Part shown: piece after piece, positions 10,977-21,724 of the stretch | How positions within the stretch are numbered: the first letter of the stretch is position 1 | How the letters are laid out: every line of letters begins with the position of its first letter | The notes under the pieces: model-generated | Seen by the model: only the letters and a program-made list of their open reading frames with translations | Told to the model about the DNA's origin: nothing | The model's database searches: none | NCBI GenBank assembly: GCA_030867685.1 | Contig: JAQOWU010000008.1 | Span: 1,364,001 to 1,428,000 of the forward strand | DNA length: 64,000 bases | Direction: 5' to 3' | Origin: Wickerhamiella versatilis | Lineage: Eukaryota | Translations under genes and position numbers: made by a program

Positions 10977-11444
10977 ATGCCAGAGACGCCTACTACAGTA
11001 TTCTTTGTGGGAGTGGCGGCTGTAGTGCTTTTTGCACGTTATTACTTGAAACGTACTACAGCAGGAAACACACATGGAAGATCTCACTCGAGGCCTCGTG
11101 AAGTGACAGATGACATGGTAGGGATCGTCAGAGTGATGCTACCACATGTTCCACCGGAGAGTATTCGTGCTGATCTTGAACAAACTCGAAGTATTGATAC
11201 CACTATTGCAAGACTTCTTGATAATCGTAATGAGCGCAGCGATCCTGCTTTACGTCGAAGGCGTAATGAATCAGCCTCAAAACAATCCCTCCTCTCAAAA
11301 TATGACCTACACGGTAATGAAGATATTCCTGATGTTTCCACCGGTTGGCATGATTCTCGAGAGGCTCGTGAGCAGCAACTTGCTGATCAGCGACGAGCAA
11401 TGATCTTAAAAGCACGGCAAGAGCTTCTTGCCAAAAAAGATTAA
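10977..11444 (+). CDS. CUE1: ER-anchored CUE-domain protein (Cue1/Cue4 family)
   Basis: N-terminal TM, CUE domain VTDDMVGIVRVMLPHVPPESIRADLEQTRSIDTTIARLL and Ubc7-binding-type C-terminus (REQQL..QRRAMILKARQ). Confidence 0.85.
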   Translation: MPETPTTVFFVGVAAVVLFARYYLKRTTAGNTHGRSHSRPREVTDDMVGIVRVMLPHVPPESIRADLEQTRSIDTTIARLLDNRNERSDPALRRRRNESASKQSLLSKYDLHGNEDIPDVSTGWHDSREAREQQLADQRRAMILKARQELLAKKD

Positions 11445-11462
11445 ATAAACCATTTTTTCCCC

Positions 11463-12743
11463 TTATGCTTGCTTCTTCTTACGGCGAGGTTGGAGGACAT
11501 GAATTTCTGGCGTTGGTGCCTGCCTGATAGGTTGACTGTTGCCTTGCTCATTCTCTTGGTTCACTTGAGGGTCATCTGGGACGGGGTTATCAGACAAACT
11601 GTGAAGTGGTTCGCCCAGTTCTCCCTCTTCAAAACGTACTAATGAGCAAAACCCATCAATTGAAGTCATTAGAAGAATACGCCCATCATGAGACCATGCT
11701 AGATCAGTTAGTCCTGCGTAATGTAGATTAGCCACCATTCCAATGGGAAACTCATGATCAGTATCGTAAATTACCGTAGCCTGCTCAAGTGCTACAGCAT
11801 AGACAAATTTATTCTCCAAGGCAAATTTGTTTTGGCTGGCACCAAGGCCTTTAAAAGCGACTGGGCAAAAGCGCGTACATATGCTGGATTTTGGCTGTGG
11901 CAAAATTGCCATTATCTGTGACAATTTTCTACGATTAATGCAGAAGACAGCGTTGCCATAGTCAGTTGCGCCGTCTTTATTTTCTTTTACAAGCCCCGAT
12001 GGAACGAGAACAAGTGCACCGTCAGGTGACCAAGAAAGTCTGCGAAAAAATGTAGGAAGCTTTTCGTCTTGGAATGCAGCTACACGAGAATCTCCAACGT
12101 CTGTTTCGCGTATCGCAGCGGTTTTCCGCAAGTCAAGATTCTGGGAAACTGAATAAAAAATTATTGACTTGTCACTTGATTGCGTCACTAGGTATTCTCC
12201 CAATGGATCCCAAGCTACTCCCTGGACATTTAGAGAATGTCCCTGAAGTTGTCGAGTTTCTAAACCTTTTTGTAGATCAAATATACGCACTATATGATCC
12301 ATACAAGCTGCAGCAATTGCGAGGCCATTTGGGGCCCAGCTGATGTCATATATTTCGCTGCCTGTACTTCGCATGCGTTTAGTGACATACCAATATTCAG
12401 GCTCCTCAGGATCGCTGTCTATAGGTCTGTGCCCTGTAGATCCTTGGGACCAAAGATATACATGACCATCATCACCAGCTGAGGCCAAGATATCCCCTTT
12501 TTTATTCCAAGAAACTGCATTAACGGCTTGCGTATGTCCACTTAAAGTTGCAAGATATTGAACTCCCAAGTTGCAAGTTTCGTCAATAGGAATACGCCAA
12601 AGTCGTACAGCACGATCTCCACCTGCAGTGGCTAAGCGAGAGCTCATCCATCGACCACCACTTCTATCATTAGGCTGAAAACTCGCGCTATAAATTGGCT
12701 GCGTGTCTTCATGCCAGTGAATGCTAAGAACCGATGCCTTCAT
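11463..12743 (-). CDS. CAC2: Chromatin assembly factor-1 p60 subunit (WD40)
   Basis: IHWHEDTQPIYS, RLATAGGD, FFRRLSWSPDG, NLHYAGLTDLAWS and SIDGFCS. Confidence 0.93.
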   Translation of the reverse strand: MKASVLSIHWHEDTQPIYSASFQPNDRSGGRWMSSRLATAGGDRAVRLWRIPIDETCNLGVQYLATLSGHTQAVNAVSWNKKGDILASAGDDGHVYLWSQGSTGHRPIDSDPEEPEYWYVTKRMRSTGSEIYDISWAPNGLAIAAACMDHIVRIFDLQKGLETRQLQGHSLNVQGVAWDPLGEYLVTQSSDKSIIFYSVSQNLDLRKTAAIRETDVGDSRVAAFQDEKLPTFFRRLSWSPDGALVLVPSGLVKENKDGATDYGNAVFCINRRKLSQIMAILPQPKSSICTRFCPVAFKGLGASQNKFALENKFVYAVALEQATVIYDTDHEFPIGMVANLHYAGLTDLAWSHDGRILLMTSIDGFCSLVRFEEGELGEPLHSLSDNPVPDDPQVNQENEQGNSQPIRQAPTPEIHVLQPRRKKKQA

Positions 12744-12971
12744 AAGACACGTGTTAGTCAGGAAAAGTGGTACTGCGTTCGAGTTACAAGTGGGGTTTGC
12801 AAATTCGTTCTCATATTATTATTCTTTCCTTTCTCTCATTTATGTATATTTTATATATCTAAAGAAATTTAAAGGGGAAAGAAATCACACATTGACTGCA
12901 TTTATTGACCATGCAATCACATCTTTTTCCTAAATTATCCGTGAAACACATAGAGTCGAATAATAAGCCAA

Positions 12972-14060
12972 TTACTTTTGGAAGAACTTTGCAAGTGATG
13001 CCTTCTGGCTTGATTTCTTCTTTTCTATGAGCGCTCTTACAGATTTAAGCTCTTGCTCAGTTTTGGCATCATTCATAAGCTTGAAAGATTCGACAAGGTC
13101 AGATTCAGCACCTTCGAGGTTCTTCAGATACCTCTTTGCAGTACCGCGCCGGAAAAGGGCTTTAGACTTATCAGTTGCATTGCTCGTAGGTAACCCAAGT
13201 ACGTTTGTAGCGGCTCTCTCGGCGGACTTATACTGCTGATCTCGAAGCGCAACTAAACTGATGTTGAGTTGTAGTGCCACCTTCAGCGACTCGAATTCTT
13301 TGTAAAGCTCCTTGTCCTCATCTACATCGAATTCGTAGGCATACCTCAAGGCCTTGCGATATTTAGCCAGAGCAACTTTACTATTACCCTGTTTGAGCTG
13401 GGAAGTACCAAGTGCTTTCAGATCCTTGGCAATACTCAAAGCTTGAGCAATATTCTCGTTTGACTTTTCAGTGCTAACTCGTGGCTCATCCTCTGGGAAC
13501 TCTGCGGTTGCGTCACCAGTAGTATCTGGAGTTTCAAGCTCAGGACTCCACATACCACTCGAAGTAATAGTTACATCCTCTTTCGGCTTGTCCGAACTAT
13601 CTGTCTCAGTTTGCTCAATTGCTTTCACCACGCCTTTGCCCTTAAACACTCTGCCAAAGACAACATGCTTACCGTCTAAGTGAGGAGTCGGGACAGTGGT
13701 GATAAAAAATTGTGATCCGTTAGTATTCGGTCCAGCATTAGCCATACTCAGCAAAAAAGGCTCATCATGCTTGTGTGCAAATGATTCATCGTCAAATTTC
13801 TCGCCGTAAATAGACTCACCCCCTGTTCCATTGCCAGCTGTGAAGTCGCCACCTTGAATCATAAAGTTACGGATGACACGATGAAATTTAGATCCCTTGT
13901 AGCAAAGGGGCTCTCCAAGTTTTCCTATACCTTTTTCACCTGTGCACAACGCTCGAAAGTTTTCAGCCGTCTTAGGTACCTCATCATCAAACAATTCAAA
14001 AACAACCCGACCCAACGGTTCACCGCCAATGCTTATGTCGAAGTATGTCTTTGGGCTCAT
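12972..14060 (-). CDS. CPR6: Cyclophilin-40 (PPIase + TPR), Hsp90 co-chaperone
   Basis: Cyclophilin domain ([34 protein letters not shown]) followed by TPR repeats (KALFRRG). Confidence 0.9.
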   Translation of the reverse strand: MSPKTYFDISIGGEPLGRVVFELFDDEVPKTAENFRALCTGEKGIGKLGEPLCYKGSKFHRVIRNFMIQGGDFTAGNGTGGESIYGEKFDDESFAHKHDEPFLLSMANAGPNTNGSQFFITTVPTPHLDGKHVVFGRVFKGKGVVKAIEQTETDSSDKPKEDVTITSSGMWSPELETPDTTGDATAEFPEDEPRVSTEKSNENIAQALSIAKDLKALGTSQLKQGNSKVALAKYRKALRYAYEFDVDEDKELYKEFESLKVALQLNISLVALRDQQYKSAERAATNVLGLPTSNATDKSKALFRRGTAKRYLKNLEGAESDLVESFKLMNDAKTEQELKSVRALIEKKKSSQKASLAKFFQK

Positions 14061-14515
14061 ATTAATATTCAACGGTAACGTGGGGAAATGATTCAGAAGG
14101 ACAAGATATATTCTAGTACTAGTCTGGGTTAGGTCGGAATCTTCGAGAACGGGGTATACGTACGTTGGCAGGTATGCAAATCTATCTAGCAGGAGAAATG
14201 ACTATATATTTCCGGTATGATATAGTGCCTATTTGTACAAAATTTTTCTCAATTCGACGTACCATCTAAAATGTCCACCATTAGCATGATACGCCCAAAT
14301 ATTGGCATGAGGAGTTTGCCATTGTTACGAATATAGGAAATTAATCCCAGATAGTTGATAAATGAAGAAAAAATAAGCTTCGAGAAATCAATACGAGGCA
14401 TACCACATTCTATTTAACAGTTTTATTAAAATTCTCTTTAAACTACACTAAGGGAGAAGAAGGAAAGCGCAGCATATGGACCTACCGTTTCTAAATTCCA
14501 TAAACATGAACTTAA

Positions 14516-16657
14516 TTAGAATGCAGTGAAAAATTTGACAGGGAATCCATATTTGGAGACAAGATCACGCTCATGCTTCAAAGTTTCGCGACGATAGGCC
14601 AATCGTGGCTCAGGTACGTTCGTTTTTTCGATATTAACTTTCCCTTGGTGCATATCATAGCCCCAATGTCTTTTGATTTCATGTTCAAACCCTGACTGCA
14701 TAACGGAGTACAGTGCTAATTCTCGAGAGTCAACAGATGTAAGTTTGTAAATTTGGATTGCTATTGAGTATTCTTCGATCAGCGGTTCTCGCGTGAAGGA
14801 GAACTGCAGAGGATCATCAGTTGACAGACTCAAACTCAACCCACGTTTGAAATAGGAAACAAATGGATTTTTTTCGTAAGATAGGAAAAGGGCATTGTTG
14901 GAAATGGGCGACATAGCAACCCCAATTTGATCAATATAATATAGATATTGAATGAACGGAATCTTGCGCAACAGTATGCCATGTGAAATTCCATACGATG
15001 TAAGAAAGGCACTAATTAGATGCTCTGGATCACCAGCTTCTCCTGAATGAGGCCTGAGCACAAACGTATTAAATCCCCTGCGTTTGCGCCATTGGTTTAA
15101 AGAAGCGATATTTGCGAAAAGATAATACAAATAATAGCTATATGGCGGATTCCGTGAAGTATTCCACTCGGCAGGACATGGATACTTGGCATAACTACGC
15201 CCTTCTGCCTTGGATTCATCGTCAACGCTATCGAAACCTACAACGCGCTGCAAGAACACATGTAATTTTGGATCTTTTTGAGGGTTCTGTGTTATTTCAA
15301 ACAAAGGAGCAAAGATGTTGGCCACTACCTGGCCGAAATCTTTCACCAATCCACTCTTGTAATAAATGTTATACAGCCTTGGCACCTGTATAAGCCAGCG
15401 CACGTTGTCACTGATGAGTTTGTTGTCAACAACCCAAGCCGCTAGTTTACTCCACTCGTCATAAGAGCGGCCATATATGGAAATGCGGTATTCAACCATC
15501 TGATACTTGCTTTGCTCCAAGTCACTGATGACTTCCCTGCTAATTTCAGCGAGATATCTGCCCTTGACAAAGTTGTCTGTCTTCAAGAAAATTTCCCGCA
15601 ATCTGGATTCACCTATTGGATTATACTTGAGGTTGAATTTATCAAATCGATGAAAAGCATCTGAATGAGCATGCATATCGAGCGTATCGATATTTAGGTC
15701 ATATGCAGTCAGACCAAGGGATTCAAATACTTGTTGTAAGGTGAGCAATTTCCCATCTCGGAATATCACAACTTCATGAGGGCACTTTTTCATCTTGGAC
15801 TTAATGAAACGCAGTAAGTGCTTTTGGGTCATGCATGCAGAATGGTGAACATGAGTATCTACCTTTCTCACATTGTAGAAATCGCGATGGGGTATTCTCT
15901 TGGACTTTGCCGTTTCCTCTTCATTGTTGAGTAGAAAATAAAGGTTCCATCTCGCCTCTAAATATTGTAAACGTCGAAAAGCAAACGTTTTAGTAGGGCC
16001 ATCACTTGAAACCGCAGCTATGTGGTCCAGTGCTTTATAGTAGTCCTTCAAGCTAGGAATATTATCACTATTTCCATCCACTTGAAAAACACCAGACCTT
16101 ACCTGGAAGCTTTCATCACTCGGCCCTGGAATCTCGCAATCCTCCAAATGAAACTTCGATCCTACGGTTTCCGCCGTGACTTGTTCTCGAGGTTTACGTC
16201 GAAATTGTTTAGTCTTAGGGTCATACTCAGGCTCAGGAGGGGGTGGATAAATTTTCCAGTCAGGTAGATTTTTCGGGTTTTCCACATCCTGCTGTAGACT
16301 GGCCGACATAAACTTATGTCGCAACTGTACACATTCGGCAACTCGGTGATACATGAGACGTAGTTCCGCTACTATATGCGCATCTTCCTGCTCATCCAGT
16401 TCCAGCGTTGCTCGACGCCTAGAGAGCCCAGCATATTTTGCACTAGGATTGACGGGAACATCCACAGTCTCGGGAATGGAACCCTGTTTCTCGGAAGATG
16501 CAAGTGAATCTGACTGGCTGCTGTGAGTCGCATCCATGGCCTCGAGTTTTCCATGAATCTCTGCAGCTTTACGTTCATCAGTGTAACTAATATGGTGTTC
16601 TGTCTCACCCTCGTCACTACTCACCTCGTCATCGCGATGATCTACGTGGTGATGCAT
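14516..16657 (-). CDS. AMD1: AMP deaminase
   Basis: RDFYNVRKVDTHVHHSACM, LRPHSGEAG and SLSTDDPLQF. Confidence 0.97.
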   Translation of the reverse strand: MHHHVDHRDDEVSSDEGETEHHISYTDERKAAEIHGKLEAMDATHSSQSDSLASSEKQGSIPETVDVPVNPSAKYAGLSRRRATLELDEQEDAHIVAELRLMYHRVAECVQLRHKFMSASLQQDVENPKNLPDWKIYPPPPEPEYDPKTKQFRRKPREQVTAETVGSKFHLEDCEIPGPSDESFQVRSGVFQVDGNSDNIPSLKDYYKALDHIAAVSSDGPTKTFAFRRLQYLEARWNLYFLLNNEEETAKSKRIPHRDFYNVRKVDTHVHHSACMTQKHLLRFIKSKMKKCPHEVVIFRDGKLLTLQQVFESLGLTAYDLNIDTLDMHAHSDAFHRFDKFNLKYNPIGESRLREIFLKTDNFVKGRYLAEISREVISDLEQSKYQMVEYRISIYGRSYDEWSKLAAWVVDNKLISDNVRWLIQVPRLYNIYYKSGLVKDFGQVVANIFAPLFEITQNPQKDPKLHVFLQRVVGFDSVDDESKAEGRSYAKYPCPAEWNTSRNPPYSYYLYYLFANIASLNQWRKRRGFNTFVLRPHSGEAGDPEHLISAFLTSYGISHGILLRKIPFIQYLYYIDQIGVAMSPISNNALFLSYEKNPFVSYFKRGLSLSLSTDDPLQFSFTREPLIEEYSIAIQIYKLTSVDSRELALYSVMQSGFEHEIKRHWGYDMHQGKVNIEKTNVPEPRLAYRRETLKHERDLVSKYGFPVKFFTAF

Positions 16658-16836
16658 AATCGGCTTATCAACATAGAGCAAGCTGGTTGTTAAATAGCTT
16701 AACTACGTATGGTTCAACGTTGAGATACTAATTTTTTTGATTATCTACCTTAAATAAATCCTATCTCGCGAGTATCAAGCTCAATTCAATAAAACGCACA
16801 GTGTGCAGTCATTTCTAAGTATTTGTTTAATATGGG

Positions 16837-17370
16837 TTAATATTGAACATCCGCAACAAGGTCACCCACTTGTTCTCGTTGAGACCTATAAAAAAGAGGC
16901 CAGCGGTCGGAAGTGGAAAACGCTATCTCTTTCAATGTTTTTGGCCACAGGTTTTGCAAGCCAACAAATTCATCGGCTCCCAGCCATTTCCACTGTTTAA
17001 TAGACTCTTGCTCGCTAGCTGTCCATTGATCGGTAGAAATCTGAGTACATGAAGTCTCATACAAGAAATATTGTTCATGGGCAAGTACAATCTCGCCAGT
17101 GTTCAAAATAAGAGGTGCATACCTTTCTGCAAGTACGGTATCTGAAATTTCGCCAGCAAAACCTGTCTCCTCTCTAAGCTCTCGCCTAGCAGCGTCAAGA
17201 AATGTCTCAGAAGATTTGACTCCTCCTCCAGGAGGTGTCCAGTAAGAGCCTTGACCGTTAAGAGCTCCACTGGCATGGAAATATTCGAACAATAAAATTC
17301 TGTCACCATTTTTTACGATAATTCTTGATGCCCGCCTTACTCTAAGATCCTCAGCACGGACAAGCGGCAT
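16837..17370 (-). CDS. Nudix hydrolase, bacterial-type (HGT candidate)
   Basis: Intact Nudix box GGVKSSETFLDAARRELREETGF. Flanking motifs resemble proteobacterial Nudix proteins (see findings). Confidence 0.85.
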   Translation of the reverse strand: MPLVRAEDLRVRRASRIIVKNGDRILLFEYFHASGALNGQGSYWTPPGGGVKSSETFLDAARRELREETGFAGEISDTVLAERYAPLILNTGEIVLAHEQYFLYETSCTQISTDQWTASEQESIKQWKWLGADEFVGLQNLWPKTLKEIAFSTSDRWPLFYRSQREQVGDLVADVQY

Positions 17371-17480
17371 CACTCTATTTACACACGTGACACAACGATG
17401 TAAGCTAACTGAGACCACCGGCTATAACCTGTGCTTACATTACAACCTGTTGGGATTGCTTCCAAAAGTAAGGTGTCACA

Positions 17481-18212
17481 ATGGGAGCACGCATTTTGTC
17501 TTGTGAAGGAAACTCGCTTCCTGAGGAGCTAGCCAATGTAGTTATTGAACATCAGGATAAAGCTCTTGCTTCAAAGACCTATTTTGAGGTAGCTATATCC
17601 GGTGGGTCCTTGGCTAAGACCATGGCCAAAGGTTTGGTTGGCAAGCCAAATGTATCTTGGAAACGTTGGAGAGTTTGGTTGGCAGATGAAAGGATTGTTC
17701 CCTTAGACCATGAGGACTCTAACTATGCTGTATTTATGAAAGATTGTGTGTCGAAGCTACCGGAAGATGAAAGACCTGTTGTTGAGACCCTCAATCCGAC
17801 CTTGCTCCAACATTCTGCAGGCATAAGCTCTGCTAAGTTTGCTGAAGACTACGAGCATCGTCTAGTAGAGACTCTTGGCCCACAACCTAGCCTGGATTTT
17901 GTATTTTTAGGTATGGGACCTGATGGGCACACTTGCTCACTATTTCCTGAGCACAAGCTTTTAGCAGAATCTTCTTCATTTGTTGCTGGAATTGACGATT
18001 CACCAAAACCTCCGCCTAGGCGAATTACACTAACTAAACCTGCGTTGAAGTTGGCAAAGCAGATTGTTTTTGTAGCCACTGGTGCAGCCAAGAAAGATGC
18101 GATTCACAAAGTTTTCGCTGAAAATGACTCTTCACTACCTTCTGAGCAGGTCAATGAACTTAGCGAGTCTCTAGTTTTGTGGTTTGTAGATCCTCCCGCA
18201 TTAGGGCATTGA
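17481..18212 (+). CDS. SOL3: 6-phosphogluconolactonase (SOL family)
   Basis: AISGGSL, ADERIVPLDHEDSNY, LGMGPDGHTCSLFP and DSPKPPPRRITLT. Confidence 0.9.
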   Translation: MGARILSCEGNSLPEELANVVIEHQDKALASKTYFEVAISGGSLAKTMAKGLVGKPNVSWKRWRVWLADERIVPLDHEDSNYAVFMKDCVSKLPEDERPVVETLNPTLLQHSAGISSAKFAEDYEHRLVETLGPQPSLDFVFLGMGPDGHTCSLFPEHKLLAESSSFVAGIDDSPKPPPRRITLTKPALKLAKQIVFVATGAAKKDAIHKVFAENDSSLPSEQVNELSESLVLWFVDPPALGH

Positions 18213-18307
18213 TAAATAAGATAGATTCTTGAAATTTATCTTTAAGCGTTCTATATTAGTACTCTGAAATCATCATTCATCAATTTCCGTCATAACAGTC
18301 ATCTAAG

Positions 18308-19246
18308 CTATAATATATCACCGTGCTGAAGTTCTTGAAGTACCCGATTAATTGACTGGACTCCAACCTGCCTGTCACGACTTTCAAGATGGCGCACAAT
18401 CATTCCAAGGTCGCTAGACGCGAACCTGTGATGTTTCTGCAATGTTTTAAATGCCAAATTGCAGGGAATCGAAACGGCTCCAGCTGCTAATGGCTTAGCT
18501 GCGCCTAACGAGAGGCAGAACAGCATTGAGTGGGGATCGGTGGAGCAGTCAGAACAGCTCTGTTCAGATAATATTTGAATCTCTGAAGTTGCTTTCTCAT
18601 CCGCGCACATACACGGCGTGACTTCAGTGCAAAAACCGCATTTTTCTCCCAATGGTATTATTGATGGAACCTTTTTCTCCTCCATCCCGGAATCAAACTC
18701 GGACGGTGCCTTAAGCGATAATTCAGTATTTTGATCCGACGTGGAATATGGTGAGTGTATTCCAGCTTGCATTTTGGGATTTGGATCTAGCTTTGGAAGT
18801 TTAAATCGTTCACCATCCTCTGATGGTCTTCTTGGTCGTTTTAAGGGAACTGCAGGTGCAGAGTAAGGCTGTGCCAATATTTCATGTAGTGATAAAGCAG
18901 ATGTCTTTTCCTTCGGGACTGCAATAGGACTGAGTCCAGCAGATGAAAGCGGCGAATGTTGTTGATGGGATTGGACAGATAGGTTTATGTCCGAGCAGAT
19001 ACAGCCATTATCATTATCACACAGGCCACAAGGGGGGTCCGAAACATCTCTCTTCGGTTCCGAGTCTTCATTAGATGCAGATTCTTTCTTCGGTTTCAGT
19101 TTCGGTTTCGGTTTCCTCCCGGGGCGAGGCCTTGGGGGGACTTTCCATGTACGAGATACGCTAACGGACGAATCTGATCTCTTTTGATTCGCACCCCCCA
19201 TTGCTGGAGCTAGTGCAGGACGCTTCGGCTCGCCACCAGTCGACAT
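18308..19246 (-). CDS. HapX/Hap43-like iron-responsive regulator lacking the bZIP
   Basis: Hap4-like motif SRTWKVPPRPRPGRKP; Cys-rich regions CGLC..CIC, CGFC..TPCMC and CSDC..DP...LFC; HapX-type C-terminus IPC..AFKTL..H..F. Confidence 0.8.
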   Translation of the reverse strand: MSTGGEPKRPALAPAMGGANQKRSDSSVSVSRTWKVPPRPRPGRKPKPKLKPKKESASNEDSEPKRDVSDPPCGLCDNDNGCICSDINLSVQSHQQHSPLSSAGLSPIAVPKEKTSALSLHEILAQPYSAPAVPLKRPRRPSEDGERFKLPKLDPNPKMQAGIHSPYSTSDQNTELSLKAPSEFDSGMEEKKVPSIIPLGEKCGFCTEVTPCMCADEKATSEIQILSEQSCSDCSTDPHSMLFCLSLGAAKPLAAGAVSIPCNLAFKTLQKHHRFASSDLGMIVRHLESRDRQVGVQSINRVLQELQHGDIL

Positions 19247-19615
19247 CGTTAACCTTTCACACGGTAGGTTAGGTGAGATCACTAAGGTAAGGGTATGACA
19301 GAAGCGAGACTTCGTCCTCTTCACATGACAAGACCATATGAATTATTCTTAGTCTCGATCTAAGACGATTTTGCAGCACATGTATAAGACTGCTACATGC
19401 TTCCGTCCTCTGGCTTTGTTTAACTAGTGAAACTTGCTATCAAAAAAATCTCTGTGACAAATTCGATTATGAAAGCAGATCGTATATAGAATTACAAAAT
19501 ATTGCTAACTAAAGGTTCCTCTGAATTATTAAAATTAGGATATGGCAATCAAACCACCTGTACGACACTCTACTTACAATATCAAGAGATCGTCGCTTGA
19601 AAATTGATCAAACCT

Positions 19616-21373
19616 CTATTTCGAGGTGAGAGCAGGGATTTCCATGCCATACTGCTTTGTCTCCCCGCTATTTTTTGACGAATCTTGCTCTACACAGATG
19701 GACATATTAATAGCGCCTTTGTCGACTGGACTTAATATACAATAGTTGCGGCGGGGCATCATGTGCGTGTCGTGCCGCTCAGATCCATCAGTATCCTCCG
19801 GGAATAGCGGCACCATATCTTCTTCGGTGTCTTTGCCCAAGTAGTGCATTTTGTTACGCTTATTCAAGAAATCTGCGAGCATTGGGGGAGGAGGCGTATT
19901 GACAATGGCACTCGAAATAGGACAAACCATGTATCGGAAGTCGTTAGCCTCGCTTATATTCTTGTCCTGAGACATGAATCGGCCACAGGCAGCTAAGTGC
20001 ACATCACCGCTAAGAATGGTAACCCTCAATGAGCGTTTTTTGGAAAGAGCTTGCAATCGGCGGATGAATCGATTGCGCTCCTGCTTGTGTGGCGTAGCAC
20101 ACCAATGGTCATTTAAATCATCAAGAAGCTCAACCTGACCATCAAAATCATTGACAAATCCCTTCAGGATGACCTTCTTTTTAGCAAGCCACTTGAATGG
20201 TGTAACAAAAACGGACTCCATAAGTCTCTCAGCCCAAACCATACGAGGATAAGCGATCGGCACTCCAATCATGAGATACAGGTGTTTAATATCAGTGTCT
20301 TTTTCTGTCTCCTCCTCAATACGTTTGAACATTGCATCATATGATGATTTGTCACAAATCTGTCGCCGAGTCCTTTCGGTACGGCAATCTAGACCATAGA
20401 AGGCAGCACCTTTTCCCAGTTTCGCCCATATACTCAAGGCTGGGTGTTTTATATAGGGGCCAGGTTTACCTGTATTGACCCATGACGGATCAGCTCTCTT
20501 GGGATCACCTCCATCTGGGGAAATACTTCCCTGGAAGAGTAAATAATACCTGAAGGCACTCTCACCGATTTGTAGAAATAGTGGATCACGCTGAGTTCTG
20601 CCCCTGTAGCTTCCAAACCCATCAATGATATCATGGTCATCATAGATGTTCAATGAGGGGATACTTGCCAGCGCTTCAACAAAGCCTGTCTGGTGTGTAT
20701 CGCCAGCTAACCCTTTCCAGTATCCTCTTCCATACCATAAGAGATAACTGCCCAGATAAAACTTGTCGATTGCGTCGCGTTGATCAGCAGTGAGGGCTTT
20801 CCGTTTACCCTCCGCTACAAATCGAGGTAAATGTTGATGGTGCATTCTCGTCAAAATATTGGGAAGGTATGTTGTGAGGGAGTCATTATACAGTTGGTCA
20901 CCACCACCAAGCATAACATGGAATGCTTTATTGCTATGCTTCTGCATTACATCGTCCCATAAAGATCCAGGGAATTTCTCAGTGGGCGTAGAGAGTGAAA
21001 ATCCATTACAAGAATAAAACATCGTATTCATAGTTTCATCTTTTCCAGGAACTGCGAATATTTTTGGCTCATGTATGCTTCCCCACGAGTACTGCACGAG
21101 CTTCTCACTCTCTCCCAGCTGGATCTCAAAGTCTGCACGCCAAAACGAAAACCCATGAGCATTGAAAATCTTCATAGGTGGCTTATCGATGATACTGAAG
21201 ACGGGAATACTTCCATAGTTTGACTGGTCATCACGAGTGACGTAGGTTGCACTACCACGCCAAAAGCCATCTGTGATACCCCAATATCGGAGCATGGGAC
21301 CGCAAACCACGGATATACCATCTGAGGTGTCCTCATATATGGATTTCAAGTCTAGAGAGATAGTATTTGCCAT
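19616..21373 (-). CDS. PhoD-like metallophosphatase family protein
   Basis: FYSCNGFS, HVMLGGGDQLYND, DDHDIIDGFGSY, LLDDLNDHW and LSGDVHLA motifs. Confidence 0.8.
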   Translation of the reverse strand: MANTISLDLKSIYEDTSDGISVVCGPMLRYWGITDGFWRGSATYVTRDDQSNYGSIPVFSIIDKPPMKIFNAHGFSFWRADFEIQLGESEKLVQYSWGSIHEPKIFAVPGKDETMNTMFYSCNGFSLSTPTEKFPGSLWDDVMQKHSNKAFHVMLGGGDQLYNDSLTTYLPNILTRMHHQHLPRFVAEGKRKALTADQRDAIDKFYLGSYLLWYGRGYWKGLAGDTHQTGFVEALASIPSLNIYDDHDIIDGFGSYRGRTQRDPLFLQIGESAFRYYLLFQGSISPDGGDPKRADPSWVNTGKPGPYIKHPALSIWAKLGKGAAFYGLDCRTERTRRQICDKSSYDAMFKRIEEETEKDTDIKHLYLMIGVPIAYPRMVWAERLMESVFVTPFKWLAKKKVILKGFVNDFDGQVELLDDLNDHWCATPHKQERNRFIRRLQALSKKRSLRVTILSGDVHLAACGRFMSQDKNISEANDFRYMVCPISSAIVNTPPPPMLADFLNKRNKMHYLGKDTEEDMVPLFPEDTDGSERHDTHMMPRRNYCILSPVDKGAINMSICVEQDSSKNSGETKQYGMEIPALTSK

Positions 21374-21724
21374 ACTTTTTGCTCTCTGTTATGAGATTAC
21401 TAATTTGAAACACTTTAAAGTGAACAGAATTCGGCAGAGAGATAGAGGAAGTAAGAAAAAAATTCATTCACTGCGCCTTCTAATCTAACGTATAGCGAAT
21501 TCTATTTTTTTCAAGTGTCTTCATGCAGTATTGAACTTGATTTTTTTTAGAAAACCAACAAGAAGTCGTGTATCTCACTTGGTCCTGGTATGATATAGAA
21601 GTATAGAAATGGAGATTAAGATAAAAATCTGTGAAGCAATTGATTCCGGGGCTTAACACTCTCCAGGTTGTCTGTCCAGATACTTGATTTCCTCTATGAA
21701 ACCCTTACCCGGGTTACTGGATCC

